This document shows, piece after piece, positions 39,514-50,849 of a DNA stretch of 64,000 nucleotides. Within the stretch, counting starts at the first letter, position 1. Every line of letters starts with the position of its first letter. This stretch comes from Cetorhinus maximus (lineage: Eukaryota): positions 131,502,001 through 131,566,000 of the forward strand of contig NC_135885.1 in NCBI RefSeq assembly GCF_964194155.1, in the 5' to 3' direction. A program made the translations under genes and the position numbers. Below the pieces are notes generated by a model, which saw nothing but the letters and a program-made list of their open reading frames with translations, ran no database searches and had not been told where the DNA came from.

Positions 39514-40779
39514 TAATTATACCATTTAAATTAAACTAATTTGATGTAAACACATGGAGTGGTTCGAGTGGCTTTCCTTGATTTCTGTTTGAATCTGGAT
39601 GTGACTTTTGCCCAAAAACTGCCCCAGAGATGTCATCAACATACAATCTCAAGTTTAAAAAACGGGTCTCAATAAAATTAGGCTACATTTCAGTTTTGGG
39701 CTTCAAATCTATTTTGTGTTAACATGCAGCAAATATGGAATGATTGTTTTGTAAAAGTAAAATTTTACAATTTTGCCATCTTATAAACCTCATTAAAGCT
39801 CAGTGCTAGAGACATTCAAAACAGACGCCTTTATAATTGTCACCAGTCTTCTGTTTCATCTAGCCTCTGTACGAGCATTGCCACTTGATGCTCCCATGAG
39901 TTGAGTGGAGAAATGAAAGTGAAATTGTATCACTGATGAAGCATTCCATTGAGAGTAGAGTAGCAAGATACAAATTTAACAAGATGTAAATTCAGGATTG
40001 TAAATCATTGAACATAATGTTAATCAGAAATATAAAACGTTTTTTGAATTAATAGCGTTTGCCGTCAGTAATTTAGATACCAATTAACTAAATCTTTTGC
40101 AAAGAACAGCAAGATCTAGATTGTCAACAGTTCATTTTTTTTTACTGGATATATTGCAACTCCTATAGGCTCCCATTTTGTACCAGATTGCTTATGAGAT
40201 TGAACTGGATAATATATTTCAGACAGCACAGCTGAATCATTAAATTTTCATGATGCCCCTTGCTTCTCTACTTTACATATTACCATAAATAAGAAAAAAA
40301 TCTATTTTCATAATGTGATCAAAAGTGACAATTAAGCATTCTTTCAAGTGTAGAGAAGCCTATTGCTTGTTGTTTCAGCTCAATATGATGGACACAATAG
40401 TGAGTAAACCATGGACAGAACTGAGACAAGTCTTTTGATGTTTCCATTTTATTGCATGACTCTTCATTTGCACTTGCTGAATTTAAACAATGTCATGTGA
40501 TTAATAGTTACCGTTTGTTGATGTAATAGGGTTTACTAAATAGCCAGAAGAGAGCAGTTCTCATTAAGGGATATGCTATATTTTAGTATGGGAGTTGCAG
40601 ACAGTATTATATATATCTTGCTGTTCAAATGATGCTTTAAAGTGTCGACTGCCCTGCCATTGCTTTCATTGTAGTTTCCTATGACAGGCTTATCATACAT
40701 TCGTTATGCTGTTTCAAAACTGCCTAAAATGTTCAATTGATATTGGCCAGTATGGAACTGAACTATCCCAGGTTCAATC

Positions 40780-41535
40780 CAGAGGAATGTTTTGTTGGGA
40801 GGAACCTGCGCTCGTTGAATATTTTCAGGAATCGGGGCCATTTCTGGGTCCCAACACTGCACAAGCCTGATGTGCACATGCAGGAACACTCCTAATTAAT
40901 CACCTCTGCTCCTGCCATTCGATTAAGGAGGGTGGGTGGACTCCAGAGGCTGCAGGCACAATTAGAGGCCCATAGTGATGTCCTGTCAGCAGCCTCATTG
41001 GGCAAGGTGGGCGCTTCTCAGGAAGGCAGGAGACTGCGAGGACACCTCAAGATGAAGGCGCCTTCTGCAGAATTATGATGTATTAGAATATCCGTGTGCC
41101 ACTGCTGCCAGTCCATCAGTGTGGAGAGAGAGCCGCACTATGTGATGCCTGGAGCTGCAGCTGTGGCCTCTGGCATTCATTGCTCTGGGGGGTGTGGGAG
41201 GGAGGGGGGGTTGCTGGTGGGGGCTTGGGCTAGAGCAGGTGCCACTGCTCTCCCCCAGCCAGCCTGCTCCTGGGAGTCCGCATCCATGGAACTGCCAGGC
41301 TCAGCATTCAGCAGGAGTCCACTCTGCCCTTCCTGTCCCCCTTGCTAGGCCCTTAATTGATCATTAATGGCTACCCGCCACTGTTGGGCAGATAGCTGTT
41401 GCCATTATTCACCCACCTCTGGCAAAATTGATGGACGCAAGAATGCGTTGTCCCTCTGACCCAATGCCCTAACCTTCAGGTTTGCTCCCAATCCTGCCTT
41501 CAAATGCTCCTCCACAGGACTGGGAAGATTCCACC
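40780..41535. mobile_element. Degenerate Harbinger-type MITE
   Basis: GC-rich body with ggcccttaattg / caattagaggcc motifs as in other MITEs; ends gaagattccacc. Confidence 0.45.
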
Positions 41536-42170
41536 TGTTAATTTGCTTTGACTTTTTCAAAATGCAAAAGATGTAAAATTCAGACAGCACTGTGCAACAT
41601 CTATGTATTTGTTTGCCAGTCTCCTTATTGCTCACTTGGCTTGACTACATGCTGAACTCGACCCCAGTGAGAGAAATACGCATCCCCTGGAGAGGGATGG
41701 ATTTATGTTGCTCATACAGTATCTGTGAAGGTGTCACTGCACCTCACAGGCTCTCTTTCATCTTGTTTCAGAACGTTTACTTTCTGCTCAGGCTGTTGCA
41801 GCTCAGTCAGGACATTTTTAGATCTGTCCTGCTTCATACACTTGCATCTTAGATTTACCAGCTGCTAAGATGTAGTCCTGTGGTGACAGTGTGAGGGCAA
41901 TTTAACCTAACTCGCCAAGTGAGAAACCTCCCCCGATCACCCACCCTGCCCAATGAAGATAATTTTAACCTGTTCTGCGAATTGGGAAATGGATGACGTT
42001 GGGTGCAATATCGGTTTTACACCCGGCCCTATTTGGCTCTTTATTGAAGTCAGTAAGTACTGTTGGGTGGGATCCAAATCAATCAAATTCCACCTTGTGA
42101 AGTTTTTAGAAAGAAATAGTAAGGTTCAGTAAGAAGCATTCAGAATCAGAACTGCACATGTTTTTTAAAA

Positions 42171-45100
42171 ATTCATTTATGGGGTGTAGGCATCACTGGC
42201 TAGTCCAGCATTTACTGCCCATCCCTAATTGCACTTGAGAAGGTGCTGGTGAGCTGCCTTCTTGAACCACTGCAGTCCACATGGTGTAGGTACACCCACA
42301 GTGCTTTTAGGGAGGGAGTTCCAGGATTTTGACCCAAAGACAGTGAAGTCAGGATGGTGAGTGGCTTTGACGGGAGCTTCTAGGCGGTGGTGTTCCCATG
42401 TATCTGCTGCCCTTGTCCTTCTAGATGGTAGTGGTTGTGGGTTTGGAAGCCAAAGGAGCCTTGGTGAGTTTCTGCAGTGCACATCTTGTAGATGGTACAC
42501 ACTACAACCACTGTGCGTCGGTGGTGGAGGGTGTGAATGTTTGTGGAAGGGGTGCCAATCAAATGGGCTGCTTTTTCCCGGATTGTGTCAAGCTTCTTGA
42601 GTGTTGTTGGAGCTGCACTCATCCAGGCAAGTGGGGAATATTACATTACATTCCTGACTTCTGCATTGTAGGTGGGGGACAGGCTTTGGGGAGTTAGGAG
42701 GCGAGTTACTCACTGCAGAATTCCTAGCCTCTGATCTGCTCTTGTAGCCACAGAATTTATATGTCTAGTCCCGTTCAGCTTCTGGTCAATGGTAACCCCC
42801 AGGATGTTGATAATGGAGGATTCATTCAATGGTGGAATGGCATTGAATGTCAAGGGCCGATGGTTAGATATTCTCTTGTTGAAGATGGTCATTGTCTGGC
42901 ACTTGTGTGGCGTGAATGTCATTTCCGCTTGTCAGCCCAAGCCTGGATATTGTCCAGGACTTGCTGCATTTGGACATGGACTGCTTCAGTATTTGAGGCA
43001 TCACAAATGATGCTGAACGTTGCGCAATCAGCAACGAACATCCCCACTTCTGAACTTATGATGGAAGGAGAGTCATTGATGAAGCAGCTGAAGATGGGCC
43101 TAGGATACTACCTTGAGAAACTCCTGCAGTGATGTTCTGGAACTGAGATGATTGATCTCCAACAACCACAACCACCTCCTTTTGTGCTAAGTATGACTCC
43201 AGCCAGTGGAGAGATTTCCCCCGATTCCCATTGACTCCAGTTTTGCTAGGGCTGCTTGATGCCACACTCGGTCAAATGCGGCCTTGATATCAAGGGCAGT
43301 GTGGTAATCTGAGGTGCAATACAGCTTTAAGAGAAGGTGAGCAGATTGACCACGTGACTGTATTACCCAATTCATGTGTAGTGCGGGCTACAATGTTAAT
43401 CAGTAGTTTAGAGTAGGGTCTGGTTGGAGAAGCACACAATGTGTTAGTTCTCTGTTACTTGTGTTAATAAACAGCATGTGCTTCATCTTATATTGGTCTC
43501 TGCATCTGCAGTATATTGTTTGCCAGCTCAATCACCAATAGATAGGTGTGCAACCGTGTTTGCGAGCAAAGCGACCTGACAGAAGGAACATAACAGGCAG
43601 CCATTCTCACCTCAGGAGTTCAGCTCTTTTGTCCATGCTTGAATCAAGGCTGTAAATAGGTCAGGAGCTGGGTGGCCCTGCCAGAACCCAAACTGAGTGC
43701 CAGGGAACAGGTTATTGCAAAGCAAGTGCTGTTTGATAGCACTATTGATGGCCCCCTCCATCACATTACTGATGAACGAGAGTAGACTGATGGGGCAGTA
43801 ATTGGCCGGGTTGGATTTGTCCTGCTTTTTGTGTACAGGACATACCTGGGCAATTTTCCATATTGCCGGGTAAATGCCAGTGTTTTAGCTGTACATGAAC
43901 AGCTTGGCTAGGGGCGTGACAAGTTCTGGAAGACAAGTTTTCAATGTTATTGCCGGACTATTGTCAGGGCCCATAGTCTTTGCAGTATCCAGTGCCTTCA
44001 ACCGTTTCTTGATATTACTTGGAGTGAATCAAATTAGTTGAAGACTGGCATCTGTGATGCTGGGGACCTCCGGATGAGGCCGAGATGGATCATCCACTCG
44101 GCACTTCTGGCTGAAGATTGTTGCGAATGCTTCAGCCTTATCTTTGGCACTGATGTGCTGGGCTCCTCCATAATTGAAGATGGGGATATTTGTGGAGTCT
44201 CCTCCTCTAGTGAGTTGTTTAATTGTCCACCACCATTCATGACTTCATGTGGCAGGACTGCAGAGCTTAGATCTGATCCGTTGGTTGTGGAATCTCTTAT
44301 ATCTGTCTATTGTTTGCTGCTTATGCTGTTTGGCACGCTAGTAGTCCTGTGTTGTAGCTTCACCAGGTTGACACCTCATTTTTAGGTATGCCTGGTGCTG
44401 TTCCTGACATGTCCTCCTGCATTCTTCATTGAACCAGGGTTGATCCCCTGGCTTGATGGTAATGGTAGAGTGGGGGATATGCTGGGCCGAGGTTACAGAT
44501 TATGGCTGTGTACAATTCTGCTGCTGCTGATGGCCCACAGTGCCTCATGGATACCTAGTCTTGATATGTTTGCAATCTATCCCATTTAGCGCAGTGGTAG
44601 TGCCATATAACACAATGGAGGGTATCCTCATTGTGAAGGCGGGACTTCGTCTCCACAATGACTGTGTGGTGGTCACTCCTACTGATACCGTCATGGACAG
44701 GTGCATCTGCGGCAGGCAGGTTGGTGAGGAAGAGGCCAAGTATGTTTTTCCCTCACCACCTGCCGCAGACCCAGCATAGCAGCTATGTCCTTTAGACTCG
44801 GCCAGCTGGGTCAGTGGTGCTACCGAGCCATTCTAGGTGATGGACACTGAAGTCCCCCACCCAGAGTACATTCTACACCCTTGTCACCCTCAGTGCTTCC
44901 TCCAAGTGGTGTTCAACATGGAGGAGTACTGATTCATCAGCTGAGGGCGGGGCGGGGGTGCGGTATGTGGTAATCAGCAGGAGGTTTCCTTGCCCATGTT
45001 GACCTGATGCCATGAGACTTCATGGGATCTGGAGTCGATATTGCGGGCTCGCAAGCAACAGTCCCTCCTGCCAGTGGGACAGGACATACCCATGGATGGT

Positions 45101-45609
45101 GATGGTGGTGCCTGGGGCATTACCTGTAAGGTATAATTCCGTGAGGATGACTATGTCAGGCTATTGTTTGACTAGTCTGTGAGACAGCTCTCCCAATTTT
45201 GGCACAAGCCCCCAGGTGTTAGTAAGGAGGACCTTGCAAAGGCGAAAGGGCTGGGATTGCCATTTTCATTTCCGGTGCCTGGGCTGATGCCATGTGGTCT
45301 GTCTGGTTTCGTCCCTTTTCACTGACTTTTTAGTGGTTTTATACAACTGATTGGCTTGCTAGGCCATTAGGATTCAACCGCATTAGAGCAGATCTAGAGT
45401 CACAGGCAGGCCAGACCAGGTGAGGATGGCAGGTTTCCTTCCGTAAAAGACATTAGTGAACCAGATGGGTTTTTACGACAATCAATATTGGTTCCATTCA
45501 ACTTTTAATTCCAGGTTTTTATTCTGCCATGATGGGATTCAAACCTGGGTCCCCAGAGCATTACTCTGGGTCTCCGCATTACCAGTCCAGTGGCAACACC
45601 ACCACGCCC
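42171..45609 (-). mobile_element. Near-full-length single-ORF (APE endonuclease + RT) CR1-group LINE with tRNA-like 5' head
   Basis: Reverse complement of 46608-49850; LDIKAAFDRVWH and MSAAPTTLKKLDTI peptides; A/B-box-like head at 45530-45609. Confidence 0.9.
43300..43595 (+). mobile_element. Solo LTR (296 bp)
   Basis: TGT...ACA ends, exact TSD GGCAG (43295-43299 and 43596-43600), internal AATAAA; interrupts the LINE RT. Confidence 0.85.
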
Positions 45610-45709
45610 TGTGGTTTCCTTTATTCTCTTTCCAGACTACCTCTGCTGATGCATGGTTATGGTAGCCTTAAGTGGACAAAATGCACAATGCAGTTTTCAA
45701 TACACTGCA

Positions 45710-45722
45710 TTCCTCCCCTTCT
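45710..45722 (-). other. Polypurine tract of the Gypsy element
   Basis: Reverse complement AGAAGGGGAGGAA immediately precedes the TG of the 3' LTR. Confidence 0.85.
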
Positions 45723-46499
45723 TAGTAAGTGAGAGGCATAACATATTTCAATGGCTTGCTTCAAAATTGTAAACATAAAACTTAAGCGTAACTTCAATTC
45801 AACTTCACCAGTAACACTATTATATAACTTTTGTACTCAGTTAACAATGTACTCAGTCATGTACAATGAGATGAAAGATTTGTTCATCAATTGAAAATAG
45901 TTCACCTCATAAGGTAATCACTTAAGCATGGTGGGCATTTTCTCTCACTATTGAAATATCGACTGAATTCAGGCGGCATCTTTTTTAGCTCCTTCTTCGT
46001 TTGAGACATCAGGATTGGATTCAATGCTTACGAGTTGTGTTTTCAGTGCTTTGAAGAGTGGTGCATTTTGCGAGATGATTTGTGAACCGCGGTTAGCAGG
46101 AGTCATTGATCCTTTTGTAATAGTCACAACAAATGGCTGCATGTCATAAGAGGTTGTTTGCTTTCCAACATGACCATTACATTTCACAGGCACTTTATCT
46201 CCCGGCTTTAGTAGTGTAGCTCGAAATTTCATGTCTTACCCTGTATTTACTTTTATTTGATCCTTCTGTTCTCAATGGTGATCACATGCATGTTGATCAT
46301 TAGCTCTGCGGGATAGCTCAGGGAGATGCACACGCATAGGATGTACAACTATGAATGCAGCTGAAGACATTTCAGCAGTCGGATGCAGAATCATTCTGTA
46401 ATTGCGAAGAAAGCGATACAACTCTTGCTCAATGACTTGCTCTCAGCTGTAACTGTACATACTCAGAACGAAGAAACAGTAAAAACAGGGAAATAAGAA

Positions 46500-46566
46500 T
46501 ACTGGTCTGAACTGGTCTGAACTGGTCTAAAATGGAATACCAGTGAACCATTCACTGGTCTGAACT
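46500..46566. repeat. ACTGGTCTGA short tandem repeat (about three adjacent copies plus one)
   Basis: Directly visible in the filler sequence at the LINE 5' junction. Confidence 0.85.
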
Positions 46567-46607
46567 GTTTTTTCCTTCTGGGATATTACATTCAAAGTAC
46601 ATTACTG

Positions 46608-49600
46608 GTCGCTGGACTAGTAATCCACAGACCCAGGGTAATGCTCTGGGGACCCGGGTTTGAATCCTGTCACGGCAGATGGTGGAATTTGAATTTGAAT
46701 CCAATAAAAATCTGGAACTAAAAATTTTAAGATGATAACCATGAAACCATTGCCGATTGTTGTAAAGACCCATCTGGTTCACTAATGCCCATTAAGGAAG
46801 GAAATCTGCTGTCCTTACTTGGCCTGGTGTACATGTGACTCCAGACCCACAGCAATGCGGTTGACTCTTAAATGCCCTCTGAAATGGCCTGGCAAGCCAC
46901 TCAGTTGGATCAAACCGCTACAAAGTCACAAAAAAGGAATGAAACCGGACGGAGCACCAGGCATCGACCAAGGCACCGGAAAAGACAACGGCAAATTCAG
47001 CCCTGTCGACCCTGCAAAGTCCTGCTTACTAACAGCTGGGGATTAGTGCTAAAACTGGGAGATCTGTCTCACAGACTAGTTAAACAACAGCCTGACATAG
47101 TCATCCTCACGGAATCATACCTTACAGAAAATGTCCCAGACACCACCATCACCATCCCTGGGTATGACCTGCCCCACCGGCAGGACAGATCCAGCAGAGG
47201 TAGCGGCACAGTGGTATACAGTTGGGAGGGACTTGCCCCGGAGTACTTAACATTGACTCCAGACCCATGAGGTCTCATGGTATCAGTTCAAACATGGGAA
47301 AAGAAACTTCCTGCTGCTTACCACGAACTGACCCCCCCCCTCTGCCTCTCAGCTGATGAATCAGTGCTCCTCCATGTTGAACACCACTTGGAGGAAACAC
47401 TGAGGGTGGCTAGGGTGCAGAATCTACTCTGGGTGGGGGAACTTCAATGTCCATCACCAAGAGTGTCTCAGTAGCACCACTACTGACTGAACTGGCCAAG
47501 TCCTAAAGGACATAGCTGCTAGACTGTGTCTGCGGCAGGTGGTGAGAGAACCAACAAGGGGGAAAAACATACTTCACCTCATCCTCACCAACCTGCCTGC
47601 CGCAGATGCAACTGTGCATGAGAGTATTGGTAGGAGTGACCACCACACAGTCATTGTGGAGACGAAGTCCCGCCTTCACTTTGAGGATACCCTCCATCAT
47701 GTTGTGTGGCACTACCACTGTGCTAAATGGGATAGATTTCAAACAGTTCAAGCAACTCAAGACTGGGCTTCCATAAAGCGCTGTGGGCCATCAGCAGCAG
47801 CAGAATTGTACTCAACCATAATCTGTAACCTCGGCCCGGCATATCCCCCACTCTACCATTACCATCAAACCAGGTGATCAATCTTGGTTCAATGAAGAGT
47901 GCAGGAGGGCATGCCAGGAGCAGCACCAGGCAGACCTAAAAATGAGGTGTCAACCTGGTGAAGCTATTACACAGGACTACTTGTGTGCCAAACAGCATAA
48001 CCTGCAAGTGATAGACAGAGCTAAGCAATCCCATAGCCAACGGATCAGATCTAAGATCTGTAGTCCTGCCACATCCAGTCGTGAATGATGGTTGACAATT
48101 AAACAACTCACTGCAGGAGGAGGCTCCACAATTATCCCCATCCTCACTCATGGGGGAGCCCAGTACATCAGTGCAAAAGATAAGGCTGAGACATTTGCTA
48201 CAATCTTCAGCCAGAAGTGCCAACTGGATAATCCATCTCGGCCTCCACCAGAGATCCCCAGCATTACAGATGCCAGTCTCCAGCTAATCGATTCACTCCA
48301 CGTGATATCAAGAGACGGCTGAAGGCATTGGATATTGCAAAGGCTATGGGCCTGACAATATTCTGGCAATAGTACTGAAGACTTGTGCTCCAGAAATTGC
48401 TGCACCCCTAGCCAAGCTGTTCTAGTACAGCTACAACACTGGTATCTGCCTGGCTATGTTTAAAATTGCCCAGTTATGTCCTCTACACAAAATACCCAAC
48501 ATGGCCAATTACTGCCCCATCAGTCTACTCTCGATCATCAGTAAAGTAATGGAGGAGTCATCAACAGTGCTATCAAGCGACACTTGCTTAACAATAATCT
48601 GCTCACTGAAACCCATTTTGAGTTTTGCCAGGGCCACTCAACTCAACTCCTGTCCTAATTACAGCCTTGGTTTAAACATGGACAAAAGAGCTGAACACCA
48701 CAGTTGAGGTGAGAGTGACTGCATTGACATCAAGGCAAGATTTGACTGAGTCTGGCATCAAAGAACCCAGCAAAACTGTGGCCAATGGGAATCAGGGGGA
48801 AAACTCTCTGCTGGTTGGAGTCATACCTAGCACAGAGGAAGATGGTTGTGGTTGTTGGAGGTCAGCCATCTCAGCTCCAGGACATCACTGCAGGAGTTCT
48901 GCAGGGTAGTGTCCTCAGCTCAACCATCTTCAGCTGCTTTATCAATGAGCTTCCTTCCATCATAAGGTCCGAAGTGGGGATATTCGCACAATGTTCAGCA
49001 TTATTCGCGACTCCTCAGATACTGAAGCAGTCCATGTCCAAATGCAGCAAGACCTGGACAATATCCAGGCTTGGGATGACAAGTGGCAAATAATTTTCAC
49101 GTCACACAAGTGCCAGGCAATGACCATCTCCAACAAGAGAGAATCTAACCATCGCTCCTTGATGTTCAATGTTATTATCATCACTGCAACATCCACTATC
49201 AACATCCTGGGTGTTACCATTGACCAGAAACTGAACTGGACTAGCCATATAAATACTGTGACTACAGGAGCAGGTCAGAGCCTAGGAATCCTGCGACGAG
49301 TAACTCACCTCCTGACTCCCCAAAGCCTGTCTACCATCTACAAGGCACAAGTCAGGAATGTGATGGAATCCTCCCCACTTGCCTGGATGAGTGCAGCTCC
49401 AACAACACTTAGGAAGCTTGACACCATCCAGGACAAAGCAGCCCACTTAATTGGCACCACATGCACAAACATTCACTCCCTCCACCACCGATACACAGCA
49501 GCAGCAGCGTGTACCATCTACAAGATGCACTGCAGGAATTTGCCAAGAGTCCTTAGACAGCACCTTCCAAACCTAGGACCGCTACCATCTAGAAGGACAA

Positions 49601-49850
49601 GGGCAGAAGATAGATGGGAACACCACCACTTGGAAGTTCCCCTCAAAGTCACTCACCATCCAGATTTGGGAAACTATCGCCATTCCTTAACTGCTGCTGG
49701 GTCAAATTCCTGGCACTGTGGGTATACCTACACCATATGGACTGCAGCGGTTCAAGAAGGCAGCTCAACACCACCTTCTCAAGGGCAACTAGGGGTGGGC
49801 AATAAATGCTGGTCCAGCCAGTGAAGCCCACATCCCATGAATGAATAAAA
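46608..49850 (+). mobile_element. Near-full-length single-ORF (APE + RT) CR1-group LINE with tRNA-like 5' head
   Basis: PDIVILTESYL, PTRGKNILHLILTN and SDHHTV (APE); GVLQGSVL and KWQIIF (RT); tail catgaatgaataaaa; inserted in the Gypsy integrase. Confidence 0.92.
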
Positions 49851-50307
49851 CAAAAATGTATAAATCTCTTGACTTCTCCATTAAGTCTTGACCAATGGGG
49901 TGTGATTTTTCAATAATGAAGCCCAGGTAGTTCACGCGTTTACCGAACTCATTGCCGTTGGATGGAGTCCATTGTTCCTCCTTACTTTTGAGGGACTCCA
50001 AACAAAGCAAAAATCTGTTCAAGCTTTGGTATGACTGCTTTTCTTGAAGTGGACACAACTATTTCTATGACTGGGAATCTGCTGTAGTCGTCAGTGACAT
50101 TAAGCAGGTGTTCACCAGTGAGCAAATCTGCAAAATCAGCACTAACTTCAATCCATGGTGCTACAGGTAGTTCAGACTCCTGGGGCTGGATTTTGCCCTT
50201 GGCGGGCGGGCCCGGGAGTGGCCACAACGCCAACCACTGCCCGCAATCGGGCCCTGACCACAATTTCATGCTGGTGGGCCAATTAAGGCCCGCCCAGCGT
50301 GAAACGT

Positions 50308-50741
50308 TTGAGGACTCTGGGTCTATACTCGATGGAGTTTAGAAGGATGAGGGAGGATCTGATTGAAACTTACAGAATACTGAAAGGCCTGGATAGAGTG
50401 GACGTGGGGAAGATGTTTCCATTAGTAGGAGAGACTAGGACCCGAGGGCACAGCTTCAGAGTAAAGGGAAGACCTTTTAGAACAGAGAAGAGGAGAAACT
50501 TCTTTAGCCAGAGAGTGGTGAATCTGTGGAATTCATTGCCACAGAAGGCTGTGGAGGCCAGATCATTGAGTGTATTTAAGACCGAGATAGATAGGTTCTT
50601 GATTGGTAAGGGGATCAAAGGTTATGGGAGAAGGCGGGAGAATGGGGTTGAGAAACTTATCAGCCATGATTGAATGGCGGAGCAGACTCGATGGGCCGAA
50701 TAGCCTAATTTCTGCTCCTATGTCTTATGGTCTTATGGTCT
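50308..50741 (+). mobile_element. Young 5'-truncated CR1
   Basis: Uninterrupted ORF2 C-terminal frame, (TCTTATGG)n tail and TSD AAACGT (50302-50307 and 50742-50747). Confidence 0.92.
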
Positions 50742-50808
50742 AAACGTGGCTTGTCACTGGCCAGGAAGTGCCGAGCGGGCGTGGGGGCCTGTTTGCCACC
50801 GGGTCCAG

Positions 50809-50814
50809 TATAAA
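50809..50814 (+). promoter_or_regulatory. Candidate TATA box of the Harbinger Myb gene
   Basis: TATAAA about 40 bp upstream of the ATG at 50850, preceded by GC-rich motifs. Confidence 0.35.
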
Positions 50815-50849
50815 GAGGGCCCAGGCAGGCCCAGAAAGGCTGCTAGGGA

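Larger units (their letters stand above)
42096..45709 (-). repeat. 3' LTR of the Gypsy element, split into 42096-42170 and ~45610-45709 by a LINE
   Basis: The two halves align consecutively to 55379-55550 (agaatcagaactgca | ttcctttattctc...aaaatgcacaatgca). Confidence 0.88.

Noticed and set aside
46500-46566. Short direct repeats as a CRISPR-like array
   Set aside because: Units are 10 bp, mostly adjacent with no unique spacers; no cas genes; eukaryotic context.
48991-49824. 277-aa ORF as an intact gene or active RT
   Set aside because: It is the LINE ORF C-terminal part; the FADD catalytic motif just upstream is deleted and the rest of the ORF is frameshifted.
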